A stretch of DNA of 64,000 bases from an uncultured Nitrososphaerales archaeon. GTDB taxonomy: Archaea; Thermoproteota; Nitrososphaeria; Nitrososphaerales; Nitrososphaeraceae. Shown in pieces: positions 1 to 12,599 of the stretch. Made by a program: the position numbers and the translations under genes. The DNA lies in contig CAVPXM010000047.1 in assembly GCA_963709405.1 (NCBI GenBank), positions 1 to 64,000 on the forward strand, in the 5' to 3' direction. The notes under the pieces were generated by a model that saw nothing but the letters and a program-made list of their open reading frames with translations, made no database searches and had not been told where the DNA came from. How positions within the stretch are numbered: the first letter of the stretch is position 1; each line of letters starts with the position of its first letter.

Positions 1-240
1 TGTTTATGTAACCTACTTTAACCAGACGTATTGCTTAGAATCGCATGTTGTAATTTGGTGTGACTAGTAACAGCTCTTGATAGTACATGTTTTGACTCGT
101 CTTTTTCTATTTAATTTAATTAAATGACGTATAGTTAGTTGTTGAATCGCAGTAATTCCCAGACGTCAAGATATCTTATAGTGAGTTATTCCTATTAAGT
201 AATCTTGGATACTAACTTAAATTAGTCCACTAGTGTATAT

Positions 241-1249
241 ATGTACATTCCATTGGAACTAATCTTTCGCAAATCTAAACACTATTTACACTCATTAGTA
301 AATGAAAGTGAAAATGAAAACGAGATTCCTGTCTCTTCACTTAAAGTGTTGAATCAACCACTCATAATCAGGAATGTAAATATAGCAAGTAGGATTTTGA
401 ATATTCATAGAATTAAGGTACCTTCCAAATATAATACTGCTTTGAAATTAATTCAAGATAACTTTCCAGCAATTAATGTAGAGGAATATGATGACGATAA
501 TGATAATGATAACAGAAACAACAATAGCAAATCAATTGACACCAGTACTTTTGCTCGTAGTTATAATATATCAATCAAAGAAAATATGGATTACTTGGAA
601 ATCCCATTAAATTCAGCTTTGTGGCATTTACAATCAGAAAAAGAAAATATTTTAATAAATCCTATAGTCTATCCTTGGGACTTTCATTATATAATTCAAA
701 AAATTTTACAAGATGAACTGACACAAGCATCAATATCTCCAAATGCATCAATATCCAAATCAACTATTATTGATGGTCCATGCATAATTGAAGATGGTGT
801 TATAATTGATGACTTTTGCAAAATAAAAGGCCCTACACATATCAGCAAAGGTAGTTTCATTGGTATGGGCTCACTTATTAGAAACTGTATGATGGGTAAT
901 GAAACGCGTATAGGATTTAATTGTGAGATTGGCAGGTCATATTTCTTAGGTCGTGACAAAATATCCCATCAAAATGTAATACTTGATAGCATAATAGGAA
1001 ATAATGTGTGGTTTGGAGCATATTCAGCAACTTTGAATGTCCTCCCTCGATGAACAAAAAGTAAAATATGAAATTGAAAAAGGCAAATCACTAGATACTG
1101 GAATCGACCATTTTGGAGCAGTTATTGGAAATAATTGTATTATTAGTACTTCAGTCGTAATCATGCCAGGAAGGCATATTGAAGCTGATACAATGATTCA
1201 GGCTTTATGGAAAACATATCAAATAAGTACAAAGGGTAGCACAAAATAG
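241..1249 (+). CDS. Hexapeptide-repeat (left-handed beta-helix) protein, GlmU/sugar-phosphate nucleotidyltransferase-like; split by a frameshift near 1040
   Basis: ORFs 241-1053 and 1037-1249 give contiguous LbH repeats (IIDGPCIIEDGVIIDDFCKIKGP...FGAVIGNNCII), resembling the archaeal GlmU C-terminus. Confidence 0.7.
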
Positions 1250-1331
1250 TAGTATATAGTAAAGTAATAAAGTCACAGCATTTTAGATGTATGATATGAA
1301 CCATATATGTTTCGTTTGCAGAACTTGAGAT

Positions 1332-1691
1332 ATGGTTGCTGCAAAACTAAACGTCGGTACTGACGTAACAGAGATAAAAAGGTTTAGAAACAAGCCTCTA
1401 AATGATGATAATGCTAGCTTCTATCACTCCATTTTCACTGAATCCGAATTAGCGTATTGTAGGAAATACTCCGATCCGTACCCTCATATTGCAGGCATAT
1501 TTGCTGCAAAAGAATCTGTAATTAAATGTGTGAGCAGATCCCTTAAAATGGTCGATATAGAAGTTACTCATGATCAGCATGGAAAACCTATTGCAATAGT
1601 TCATTTCAGGAAGAAAAAAGCTATCAAGGCAAGAATATCAATTTCACACACAAACTCGCTTGCGATAGCTATGGCTATCACAAATTTCTAA
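1332..1691 (+). CDS. acpS: Holo-[acyl-carrier-protein] synthase (AcpS-type 4'-phosphopantetheinyl transferase)
   Basis: Motifs VGTDVTEI, IFTESE, AGIFAAKES, GKP and SISHT; 119 aa. Confidence 0.9.
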   Translation: MVAAKLNVGTDVTEIKRFRNKPLNDDNASFYHSIFTESELAYCRKYSDPYPHIAGIFAAKESVIKCVSRSLKMVDIEVTHDQHGKPIAIVHFRKKKAIKARISISHTNSLAIAMAITNF

Positions 1692-3178
1692 ATTTCAGTA
1701 GTATTTCTTTCCTTCTATTTATCGACATGGTGGTTCTTAATTGCTATCATTGCTTGGATTAAAAGTCAGCTATAAATCGCCAAAATAAACGTCTACAAGG
1801 ATAACGACTGTGTTCGCTTAGCATTAAATCTATAGCTGAAGATAGCATATTTTCTCTCTAATGCTCTTCGAAAGAAACGCCTACAAAGCGTATTTACTGT
1901 GCATTACACCTATACTTTTCAAGTCTATCACTAAGAAAAGTATTACAAAACTTATCTCCGTCTATAAAAAGGAACATGTATTGATTTGGAATTTGATTCA
2001 GCATTATTACCCAAAATAGCTGTTTCATAGAAAAAGGAGAATTTATGAAACTCTAACGATCCCTATTACCGTTGATAATGTTGAGAAGAGCTACCCGAGC
2101 CCGATGACATTTAACATTGTTTTTGGACTTGGGTTTGCAATGGCTATTGGATGTGTCTTTCTAGCCATGAGAATGAAACACCTTGCAGCTAAGATGGCGC
2201 CGCTAACTGCGAAAGATGTGACCTCAAGATAACAGGAGATTATATCTTGATTATTACGATATGGAATTTGCAATATTTTCGGACGGCCTGATTGCATATC
2301 CTGCACTATATACCACTTGATCATCTTCCCTTATTTTCTTAGAGTGCCTGCCAGTGGCAGAGTAGGCCTGTATGAATCACTATCTGCGAATTAACAAATT
2401 ATGTATTCTCAAATTAAGCAATAATATTCATCCGCTTTTACATTTGTTTTAGCTTATCCTGTTGACATGCAATTCCAATACGAATTCCTTTGTGCTCTCT
2501 TTGCTTTTCCTTCGTTATGTAAGAAGAGTCAGAGATTTAACGCGATGCACTTACCGTAATAGGGATATTTACCATTTGGCCTTGAGCAACAGGTTTGATA
2601 CGGTCCAAACCATCCGTCTGTAAGAACTGAGAAGTTCAATTAGGCAAGTTTTCAGCAAGGACTGCGCAAGATCGGTCCGGCATGACCAACTGGTTTGCAC
2701 AATATTTAGATTGGTTGTTGAATTCGAATGCCGGGAAAAATCTAGTCTAACATACCTTGATTCTTTCATCGAAAGTATAAAGATTTCCCATCTTTTTGAT
2801 CTCTCTTTATCGTCATCTGCAAAAATGAGATAATCCTCAGTCAAATACATTTTTCCAGATTGGCTATGTTTACTTAGAATTCCGCTTAACACAACACAAA
2901 TTCGCAAATGGTTTTTAGACTTGTTGTAATGACTAAATTGTTTTTTGATATTTGGCGCGCTCTTATGAGTCGCACAAGGAAATCGATAGGCTTAGGTGAA
3001 AAGGTCGTATAGAGCTTTAAATCTACCATTCTACTATTACATGTGATCATTACCATGAATCTCCTTTGTAAGATGTTGAATATTCGTTACCCAATTATAC
3101 AAGCCGGTATGGCAGAATCAACTACTCCTGAATTAGTATTCATTGCTTAATGTAAAGCTGGATGATATAGAACTTGTA

Positions 3179-4250
3179 TTACCTCAAATTATTCTCTAAG
3201 CTATTTCTGACCTTGTCGAATATCTCCTGAGTAAAATTCTTTATACTATCGTTCAAACCGTTAGTAAAGTTGCTATTCGCCTGAGCTAAAATAAAATGAT
3301 TGTTGTTATATGAAGGTTTTACAGTAAATATATTGGATTCTGATCTCCCACTGTACTTGCCAGATAATGCGTCTACTTTTATTATATATGGTGTGCCTAT
3401 CGGAGTATTTCCAGGTACTTTCCATGAATATGAAACTTCACCATTTTTATCTGTACTATTGCCAAATTGCTCTACAACTGTGTTCACATTTTTAGAAGGA
3501 GAAGAAGAAGTAGATGAGAAGGATGATAAATCGATAATTTGTCCGCTCACCTTAGCTTCACTAATAGCTGAATTTGTGATATCTGGACTATGAACCTTCA
3601 CAGTAATAGTCTGTATATCTCCTGCAGTAATTGGATTTTTATCAATACCAATCGAAATTCGTAATGGCAGTGGCTGGGCTATACGAGTGGTAGTAGTACT
3701 ACCATTACTACCATTACTACCTCTAGTTCCAATCAGATCTATACTTGTCCATTTATTCAAATTATAAGGATTGCCAAGACAAGTAATTTTTGCAGTTAAT
3801 TTGTTATGTCCCTCTCTAATTGTAGTATAGAATCGGATCTAGCTTGTATTTCCAAGTAGAATAATCACTGACTCCATTATTTCCTGTCGCGATAGTCTGT
3901 TGGTATGGCTTTATTCCATTCAAAAGTACTGAAACTCTACACTCCTTTGATCTGTCATAGGATGAAGTGCCAGAGACAATAAGATTATTATTAGTTACTG
4001 GAACTGCTTGATCTTTATATGGTGAGAGAATTTTTATTGTGGGAGTTAAAGCAACGTTAGCTGCAACTGTCTTTAGCTTAGTTGAAGACAAATTGATTGC
4101 TGTACTGTTATTTATTCCTGGGGGCACTATTTTTGTTGTTGCTGGGCTTATTTTTTGTGCATACGAAGATGGGTAATTAGAAATAGCAACAGAAGAACAA
4201 ATTCCAATAAGTGTTAGAGTAATAAGTATTAGTGACATCTTATACTCCAA
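3179..4250 (-). CDS. Secreted Ig-like-domain protein, probably one gene broken near 3780-3820
   Basis: ORF 3816-4250 has a signal peptide and a beta-rich Ig-like stretch; ORF 3179-3760 continues with an Ig-like segment (TDKNGEVSYSWKV). Confidence 0.5.
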
Positions 4251-4509
4251 TTGGCATAGAAAATTATTATATACGAATTATATATGCATTCTTTAATATA
4301 AATGTGGATTTAAGTTATAGAATAGAATTTAGATAATTCTTTTCATTTCAATAAAAATGATGAGTATAAGTTCATTTAAATTAATTGGAGATTATTTATA
4401 GGCTAACCTAGTCGATGAGATTATTGAGTCATATGCTATTTTATTATATGTAAACTACCTATTTAGTGAATTATAATGGAATGAAGCTTTGCGAGATATT
4501 CCGCTATTT

Positions 4510-5865
4510 TTAACCTGTTATAGGTACTATCCGATATATCGTACCATCAAATGTAAGAACGTATAGAAATCCATCAGGTCCCACCTCTAGGTCTGTAATC
4601 GTGCCAAAGCCGTGTCCAAATATTACTGGCTTAAGATCTTCTGGGGTGTTTGCCACTTTACCTTCAAGTGGACCACTTAGCAAGAGACCAGTCCTAGCCT
4701 GGTTTAGCTTAAAGTTGTACAAATCACCGGTATTGACATTACCTACAAACATTGTATTTTGGTATTGCTTTCCCAATTTGTCTGAATTTAAGAATTTTAA
4801 AGCTGTTGGGCCTACTGGCTGCTTCCAGACAAATTCTGGAGATCTATAAACTCCTCTGCCATCAAAGTTTATCAAATCTTGAGAAGGATTTTCTGCAACA
4901 GCACCTGGTGATGAACCGCTTACCTGCCATATCCCTTGGACGTGATTCCAACCACTGTTAAATCCAGGTTTAACCAAATTGATCTCATCACCATATGTAG
5001 GCCCGTTTTCGGTGTCCCATAAATTACCTGTCACGGGATCAAAATCTATACCAAAGCTATTTCTAATGCCATAGGCATAATACACTTTTGTAGGATCCAA
5101 AATTCCTAATGGGTCTGGTGCTACTGGCTGGCCATCCTTTGTAATCCTTAGTACACCGCTAGTTCCATCCAAGTTTTTTACCATTCTTGTTATTTTGAGC
5201 CTGACCATCATGACTTCCAACATCACCTATGACAACATATATGTTATTATCTGGTCCTATGAGCACTTTGCCACCATTATGGTTACTTTCCACAAGAGGG
5301 TCAGGTGCATTAGATGGAAGATTTAACAAGTCTAGAGGATTTATCAATTGGCCATTAACTAATTCATATCTGTAAAGATGGTTACCTTCTGAAACTGTTG
5401 GATTTGCACTAGGTTTAGTATAATAAAGGAAAACGTAGGTGTGTGCTTGACCACCACCACCGATATTATCTTCACCTACAGCAGCAGGATTTGCTTGTTT
5501 TGAAATTGCAATGCCCAACAATCCCCATTCTAGAAATTGTGTCGCTACATTAACATGTAAAAGTGGTTGTTTTATAAGATTACCATCCAGGATTCTAAGC
5601 ACATTTCCTGAATTCTTCTCGAGAACTAAAATATCATTAGGGCCTAGAAATGCCATACTTGTAGGTATATGAAATCCTTTAAAGACCACTTCAGCTTTCA
5701 GATTAGGATCATTAATTGTAGGTCCTTCAGCCGCAGGTACTGCTTTAGTATATGCAGCATTAGCATAGAAATAGACTATGTGGTATCAACGTCATCGAGA
5801 ATGAAGACGATAATAATAATTGTAACAAAGAAGAATGCCAATATTGATGATGGCTGCATTGGCAT
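4510..5865 (-). CDS. PQQ-dependent glucose/sorbosone dehydrogenase (GSDH) family beta-propeller, secreted; frameshifted
   Basis: PTSMAFLGPNDILVLEK, HNGGKVLIGPD, YAYGIRNSFGIDFDP, LWDTENGP and GFNSGW motifs across ORFs 5159-5689 and 4510-5226; hydrophobic N-terminus upstream. Confidence 0.85.
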
Positions 5866-6044
5866 TTTTGATTGAGTAACAAAAGGATATTCTCATTAGA
5901 GCCAGCTCATTCTTTTACAATTTTTCTGACTATTTTTATGTTTTGTAAGTATCTTTGTCAATAAGGATCTTGACGACTTATATCAGGTTGTTAGGACGTA
6001 GCATCTATTCTAGGAAATATTTTCCATCTATTTTGTTTCCATAA

Positions 6045-6332
6045 CTACTTTGCTGATGGTGATACAGCAGTTGTTGAATCGGTTGGAGTCGTTGGAGTGG
6101 ATTCTGGTACGTTACAAATTATGGACTCATCAGCATTTACAAATTTCATATGTGAACTAGTTGGATCACAGAACTGTCTTATTTGTTCCTGTGTAACTAT
6201 TTGCGGTGTAGCATTTGCATTTACATTAGCGCTTACTAACGACATTCCTACAATACCGATGATGATCGCTGCGATGATGAATATGTTCGTAATGAGTTGT
6301 AGCAAATTTATCTCTTTTATAGTTTTATTCAT
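6045..6332 (-). CDS. Small secreted or membrane-anchored hypothetical protein
   Basis: N-terminal hydrophobic helix, two Cys, Thr/Pro-rich tail. Confidence 0.55.
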   Translation of the reverse strand: MNKTIKEINLLQLITNIFIIAAIIIGIVGMSLVSANVNANATPQIVTQEQIRQFCDPTSSHMKFVNADESIICNVPESTPTTPTDSTTAVSPSAK

Positions 6333-6360
6333 ATAGAAAAATAGTTGATATAAAAGACTA

Positions 6361-6893
6361 AGTGACTTTTATACACAACAATAGAAGAAATAGGCAAGGA
6401 AAAAATTCAATCAGAGATTACTTCAAGCATTGAGTCATCGCAAAAATATATCGATGTTATAATGAGCAAATCTATTACAAAGATAGATTCAGAATCAAAT
6501 GATGATTATTATGATGACACAATTGCAACATTATGCGAGGCTCTCCTTCATTTTATGCTTACAATTTGTACTTTACCATCATAAAGAAAAATTCAAGTCA
6601 AAAATGATTTGGTTCTTGATGTAATTATACCAGGTTTACAAAGCTTGAAGACAAAACCTGATAAATCAATTATTGTTCAAATTATAAAGGATAAGATGGA
6701 CCTAAATAAAATACCACAGTTGGAATTCTTACAACCAAATGATGAGAATATATGGTTGATATCTGCCAAACCACTTTCAACAACGAAATACAAAACATAT
6801 AGTGTATTGTCGCATGAGTATTCAAATATCATAATAGATATCTATAACTTTCTGAAAGAAACAGCCGATAAAAGCTTTAGGTTCATCCATTGA
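6361..6893 (+). pseudogene. Disrupted hypothetical protein of a thaumarchaeal-type family
   Basis: Coding-like frame LCEALLHFMLTICTLPS*RKIQ...LDVIIP has an in-frame TAA at ~6582 and continues as ORF 6609-6893. Confidence 0.45.
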
Positions 6894-7288
6894 CATAACA
6901 GGAGTAGGACGTGATCACAAGTCCACATTTGGCAGTATTCTACCAAATATCATGAATCATTTCATTCTTGTATTCAAGGCCTTATTTATCCAAACGTTAC
7001 GCTTTGTGATAACTTTGGATCAAGAAACCATCATGGACCGACTATAGAGCAGCTGATGTTGCCATTTTTGGAGTAAACCCAGCCAATGCGCAAGATGACG
7101 AAGGTTATACAATTTGCCCACAATATTTGACTGAGGTGCAGTGTTATGTAAAAAAGTTAAGACGTTGGTTGAACTTTTTCTATTTGTTCATTAGATTCTA
7201 TACTTGTTATTTGGTTTCGCCTTCTTCTTTTCCACGACGAATCCTATAATAGAACTATATCATCGCGCGTTCGGTGGGATGCAATACA

Positions 7289-7525
7289 CTAGTGAATGTA
7301 ATCCATACCAGAATCACGGCTCAGACTTTCCACTATCCCTTTTAGAATTGACAGTGCCGATTCTGTATCACCAGTCATATCTGCGAAATGGGGATTAGTA
7401 CCGGGTGAAGTGAGTGTACCAGTTGGAGTTACCCGAACGTTGTAAGAGATTGTATGCTCTCTAGGAGGCAGTGGTTTCAGAAAGACAAACCACCCGTGAG
7501 CTCCTGAGCGGAATATTTCTTCCAA
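7289..7525 (-). pseudogene. C-terminal fragment of a secreted-protein family (paralogue of 8029-8325)
   Basis: Shared motif (H/D)G(W/F)FVFL(K/E)PL...H; no N-terminus. Confidence 0.45.
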
Positions 7526-7650
7526 TTCTCGTAAGTCTATATAGAGAACACAAATTCCGAATCTAATTATAAACTTCTAATCAATCCTGATTGATGGTTG
7601 TCATAAATCACCCTCGTTTTATACTGGAATTTCTTATAGAAGATTTAGAA

Positions 7651-7878
7651 CTACTTAAATATCAAGGCTTCTTCCATAACAATGGCACCTGCTTTTTGAA
7701 GGTGATTTTCAAGGTTGTTTGCCAAGATTTTTGTAAGTAAAATGCTATTATTTTTTTGTGCATTATTTATACTGGTTATGCTTTTGAGATCAGACGTTGC
7801 AGCGAACAAATTATGTTTAGCTGTTCCTTGTAAGCCTACAATAATGATAACCAGAAGAGAGAATGTTACAATTGTCAT
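7651..7878 (-). pseudogene. N-terminal fragment of a membrane-anchored sensor-like (possibly Cache-domain) protein
   Basis: TM helix followed by KILANNLENHLQKAGAI, then abrupt end. Confidence 0.3.
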
Positions 7879-8028
7879 GAATCGTTTATCTTTGGTTGCT
7901 AAGGTTGAAAAGAAATCTAATTAAATATGATATCATTGGATAGTAATAACCATTTCTTTTGACATTAATTTATTTGGAACTTTATGCCAACTGCCGACTG
8001 GCGCGAGGTTGAACATAGGAATAAAGTT

Positions 8029-8325
8029 TTATGGAACTACATTTAGATGATACGTCCAGTCTGCATTATAGTTATAATTAGTTTTAATAGGATTTAGCAC
8101 GCTTACTTTGAGATGCACATCATGATTGCCAACTGATAAAGGTTCTAAAAATACAAAAAAACCATCAGCAAACGCTCTATACCTGCCTGCAGGTGAATCG
8201 TAGATGTTGTTCGCTACTATAGATGAATTGAAATAACGAGATGCTCTGTATGTTTCCAGATTCTTCAACCAAAATCTAGCAAAAAATGCCCCAACATTTT
8301 GGTTCCGTATAAGTACGTTTGGCAC
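8029..8325 (-). pseudogene. C-terminal part of the same secreted-protein family as 7289-7525
   Basis: YRAFADGFFVFLEPLSVGNHDVHL; upstream region 8330-8580 is broken. Confidence 0.45.
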
Positions 8326-9003
8326 TTTAGATTATGCGACAATCTGCCTCCTTTTCCTGTCTGAAAACATACAACAGTATTCAGTGTGGTGGATCGCCTG
8401 TCAGGCCCCTACATCTGAACCGATAAAGAGAGATGGAAAATACACTGTATTTATAAAGTGAGTTTCAAACTACACGGATCGGAAACACATGAACGACCGT
8501 TATTGGAATCCTGCGGTACTGGGACTTATCCCACTTATGGCATGACCGAATTGGTTCGTCCTACAACCACATCGAGTAAATTATATAAAGATGGGAGTCG
8601 GAAAATTGGAAGGTACTAGATAATGTTACTTACACGAACGAAAACCCATTATTCTTATCCAATTTTAGATAATGGGATTAGCTCATTTCGTAATACTTAT
8701 AGTAACAATGGTGATCATCTCCATCATCAATCATATCTTTCTGAGTCAATATTCTGATCTATTCCGGCCGATATTAAGTTAGTCTACTGTAGCCGCATGT
8801 ATTATTACTCTTGATATCCCTTGATTTGTGTGTGTTTTTTAAAAACATCAACTTATTGGGGACAGATCTTTCTAGCATCAATTTGTTAAGAAAGAATGAA
8901 TAATGATGTATTGCGCATAGCCCTAAAACGATTCCTTACCGATAAAGAAGATTAATTGGTAAAGTTATTGGTGACAGGATAAACTACTTGACACATGATT
9001 TAC

Positions 9004-9417
9004 CTAAAATCTAACAGGATACTCAACTTCAAAGAATTTCAACCTACCAAGATACGGAATCGGATTTCGAAATCTATGTGCATTTTTCACCATGAATCCA
9101 TAGTTACAAAAACGAAATTTTTTGATATCTGGATAATGTCTACTCTTATCTATTTCAAGCTCTTTTTTGCTTTTATATTGTTTGACATCGTATAATACCG
9201 CAGTACCTATAATTGCTCCTAGTGTAAATATTTCATAATCAATACCTAAGGATTCCAATCTATCCTTATCAATATTTTTTGAAGCATGTATCAAGAATTT
9301 TCCTCTAAACATGGTATTCCAATTTCTCAATTCGATAGTCTTTTTTCCTGATACCAAAAATTCCGCATATGGTTGTTTCAGAGATAAGCATTTCATATAC
9401 ACTATTTTGATAGTCAC
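9004..9417 (-). CDS. ASCH domain protein
   Basis: LSLKQPYAEFLVSGKKTIELR (GxKxxExR), LIHAS and GAIIG motifs. Confidence 0.9.
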   Translation of the reverse strand: MTIKIVYMKCLSLKQPYAEFLVSGKKTIELRNWNTMFRGKFLIHASKNIDKDRLESLGIDYEIFTLGAIIGTAVLYDVKQYKSKKELEIDKSRHYPDIKKFRFCNYGFMVKNAHRFRNPIPYLGRLKFFEVEYPVRF

Positions 9418-9465
9418 GGTTTATTCGTTTGCTCTCTTGAGATAACCTTATTATAATAAAAGCTC

Positions 9466-10143
9466 TTGGTGTATTTACCTATGAAGACAAAACATGAGGC
9501 CGGCTATTTAGCAGCTCTGTCTTGCATTGCTCTAGCCATGGCATTTGTTATGTTACCAAATGGTAGCAATGCCATGGCTCAGCAACAAATCAAAAATACT
9601 TCTAATGGTGTGATGATGGCGCTGATGCCAAGTGGTCAGCAAATGTCCCAGAATCCAAATTCCATGAGAATGAACTCCGCGAATTGGACTAGCTCGATAT
9701 CTCTATTCAGTCCTATGATAGATGCGTTCAAGTCAAAAATACATACAACTCTAAATGATGCTACTACAAATGCATTGAAAGCAGTTGGAGGAGGTTTAAA
9801 TTCATCAGCTGTAGGCAGCATTTCTTCATCCGGAGAGAGGATTCCTAGTATATAGTGTCTTTGTTCTAGACCCTAACAACAACGTCCATCGAGCAATAGT
9901 GGATCCTGGAAACGGAAGGGTGCTATTCATTCAACCTATGTCTTTGATGGATATGATGACAATGATGCACCCCTCAATGGGAATGGGAGGCCCTGGCGGA
10001 TGATGGGAGGTCCTGGCATGATGATGGGAGGTCCTGGCATGATGGATCATGGAATGATGATGCAGCATGGAATGATGGGAGGTCCTGGCATGATGGGTCA
10101 TGATATGGGAATGATGGGTCCTCAGAACAGTGCATGGCCGTAA
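9466..10143 (+). CDS. Secreted PepSY-like protein with a Met/Gly/His-rich C-terminal tail; two frameshifts
   Basis: Signal peptide; a shifted frame gives AFLHPERGFLVYSVFVLDPNNNVHRAIVDPGNGRVL (PepSY-like), then MMGGPGMMMGGPGMMDHGMMMQHGMMGGPGMMGHDMGMM ending at TAA 10141-10143. Confidence 0.65.
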
Positions 10144-10839
10144 TTAGTATAACGAAGTAGCTAGCAAGCTATACAAAGCAACAAGTATAAATTCATCACC
10201 TTTTCTTTTTTTAACTTTGTATTAACATCAGGGAAAGACATCTGACTTGCAAGTTTTAACTGAGAAAATGTGATGTATAATGTATACAGGATCGCATAGA
10301 ATAAACATGGTATGTCCAATCTTTCGTATTAGCATAGACCTTGACATCTCAGAATCACTTTTATTGGCAGCTAAATTGATTAAGACAGGGTTACTGCGAG
10401 CATTGCACATCGCAATGCGGCTTTCACATTTGCTTAATACAAGTTGAATGGAAAGAGAACCTTAGTTAAATCATATTTATCTTCTTCAAAAAATATCTTA
10501 CCTCACCAAAGAAAGTAAAATCTTTGATGCATTAATTCCACTATATTACACTTCAAACCCGTCTAAACTGAGGCTACTGATTAGCTAGGCATATTCAATG
10601 TAATATTTACTCTTGCTTTTGCGATTCTCTGAGTTGAAATGTGTCTGTCCATTTGGTTTTATTCTGTCGTATCAATGCTCTTACTCTTGCTTTACTTGCT
10701 ACCCAAGGACGGTTATCTCTTATTTCGTCATACCATATGGGTTGTTCATTCAAAAATTTGATGTGAGAAGAAAGCAGAGAAGAGGAGGATGATGAAATTG
10801 CAATAATAATAGTAGTAGTAAACTTAAGGAATGGTTTAA

Positions 10840-11466
10840 ATGCAAAAACACAACCATTTCTTATTAATGAAAAATAACAATATTCTTCAACTACAAATCA
10901 GAAATGTATTCTTATTGTCTGCTATAGTAGTGTTATTATCCATAACAAGCATAACAGTAGCTAAAGTGCATGCAATAACCACATCATCAGTAATACCAAA
11001 TAGTAATAGTAATAATAATAATAATAATACAGCAGCCAGTTTAGGAATAGCAGCCATCCCATTCTATGAGGCGAAGATTGGCAAGATTATAGGCCAAAGA
11101 ATAGTCAGTGTTGCAGCAAATGGCACTCCTCCGAAGATAGAACAGTCTATTATAGAAAATGGAGCTTTAAAGGGAGTTGGAAATGTTACAAGTCTTGGAA
11201 CATGGACTAATACTTTTAGATCTCCCACAATAGTTTATGGTGTTGGCCAAGGAATAATAACTACAGCAGATGGACAGGATATGGCGACTTGGACTGGATT
11301 TGATATTGGACGATCTAATATTAAAGGAGTAATAACATATCACGGCATTTCATTTTTTAATACTAATTCTACAGGAAAACTTGCTTTCCTTAAAAACCTA
11401 GAAGCTCTTCATACAACTGAAGTTGATGGCAATAAGCAAACAACAGAGATGTGGGAGTGGAAGTAA
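10840..11466 (+). CDS. Secreted hypothetical beta-rich protein (family ending ...TEMWEWK)
   Basis: Signal-like N-terminus, poly-Asn linker, C-terminal STGKLAFLKNL...MWEWK. Confidence 0.7.
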   Translation: MQKHNHFLLMKNNNILQLQIRNVFLLSAIVVLLSITSITVAKVHAITTSSVIPNSNSNNNNNNTAASLGIAAIPFYEAKIGKIIGQRIVSVAANGTPPKIEQSIIENGALKGVGNVTSLGTWTNTFRSPTIVYGVGQGIITTADGQDMATWTGFDIGRSNIKGVITYHGISFFNTNSTGKLAFLKNLEALHTTEVDGNKQTTEMWEWK

Positions 11467-11556
11467 AAAATAATCTACATATAGTAATTGATGTACATTG
11501 TAGCTCAATTCTAAGCTAATTATAGAATAGTGTCCGTTCTGAAGTCTTATTACTGC

Positions 11557-12558
11557 TTATAGACTGATGAATTTATTGTAAAGCATTACTTTCAATCCTG
11601 CTTCTACTTTCTGTGCTCTAAATTTCTTTGAAAGTAGATCTTCACCTAATACTCTTTTGATTGAAGAGAACACTATCTCTGCGATCCATCTTCTACCTGC
11701 ATCTTTTAGTTGTTTCCATCCAGCATATCCTATTTTTTTGATTAGCAAGACTTCATCTCTTCGTAGTGGACATCCATTAGATCTGATAGCAGATGCATTT
11801 TTTCTAATACTTATTGCAGGTTCTATATTCAAATCATCTAACAAGTTAAAACTCCTTCTATTATCATGAGCCTTATCCCCGTATACCTTATCAATATCAT
11901 ATTCCTTAGTTATCTCTCTTATCATCGAACTAAACTTTTTGGAGTCATGAATATTGCCTTTAGTTATTCTGAATGATATGATCTTCTCTGATTTAGCATC
12001 GACTGCAATATGGAGCTTGACAAACTCTTAGTTATCTCTCTTATCATTTTTGGAGTCATGAATATTACCTTTAGTTATTCTGAATGATACGATCTTCTCT
12101 GATTTAGCATCGACTGCAATATGCAGCTTGACAAACTCTTTTTTCTTCCTTATCCATTTTTGTTCTATGTAATCTCCTTTCTTTGTTATAGTAAGACCAG
12201 ATGCATCGACTATCAGTGTTACTGGCTTATCATCATCTAGATTTAGATTTCCTACAGATGGTTTAAACTTTAGGATTCTTCTTCTGATATGTGTAAAATG
12301 CATTTCTTCAATCCTGATATAATCAGATACGCCTCTTACAATACCTTGTACCGTTCTATAAGCAATCTTAAACCCAGTCTTGAGGAATGCTAGAAACTGG
12401 ATATAAGTATGTGAGTATTCAAATGGAGCTCCAACCTTTCCATCATTCATCTTCTTAATCTCCCTCTTAGATGATCCTAGAAAACTGATATCCATAAGAA
12501 CTCGTCCACGCTCAATTAATGACTCATTGTAATCATGCCATGATTTGTTTAGCGGCAT
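11557..12558 (-). mobile_element. IS5-family (DDE) insertion sequence; transposase disrupted by an internal tandem duplication
   Basis: WHDYNESLIERG, LIVDASG, KLHIAVD, YGDKAHD and RWIAEIVFSSIKR motifs; terminal inverted repeats not confidently found. Confidence 0.85.
11905..12137. repeat. Imperfect ~120-bp tandem duplication inside the transposase
   Basis: 11905-12026 versus 12027-12137 are near-identical, with about three substitutions and an ~11-bp deletion in the second copy. Confidence 0.9.
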
Positions 12559-12599
12559 GATCTAACAAATGGATGTGCGTAAATAATAACGCTACAAGC

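Noticed and set aside
2091-2907. ORFs 2091-2324 and 2569-2907
   Set aside because: No recognisable motifs; likely spurious or heavily decayed
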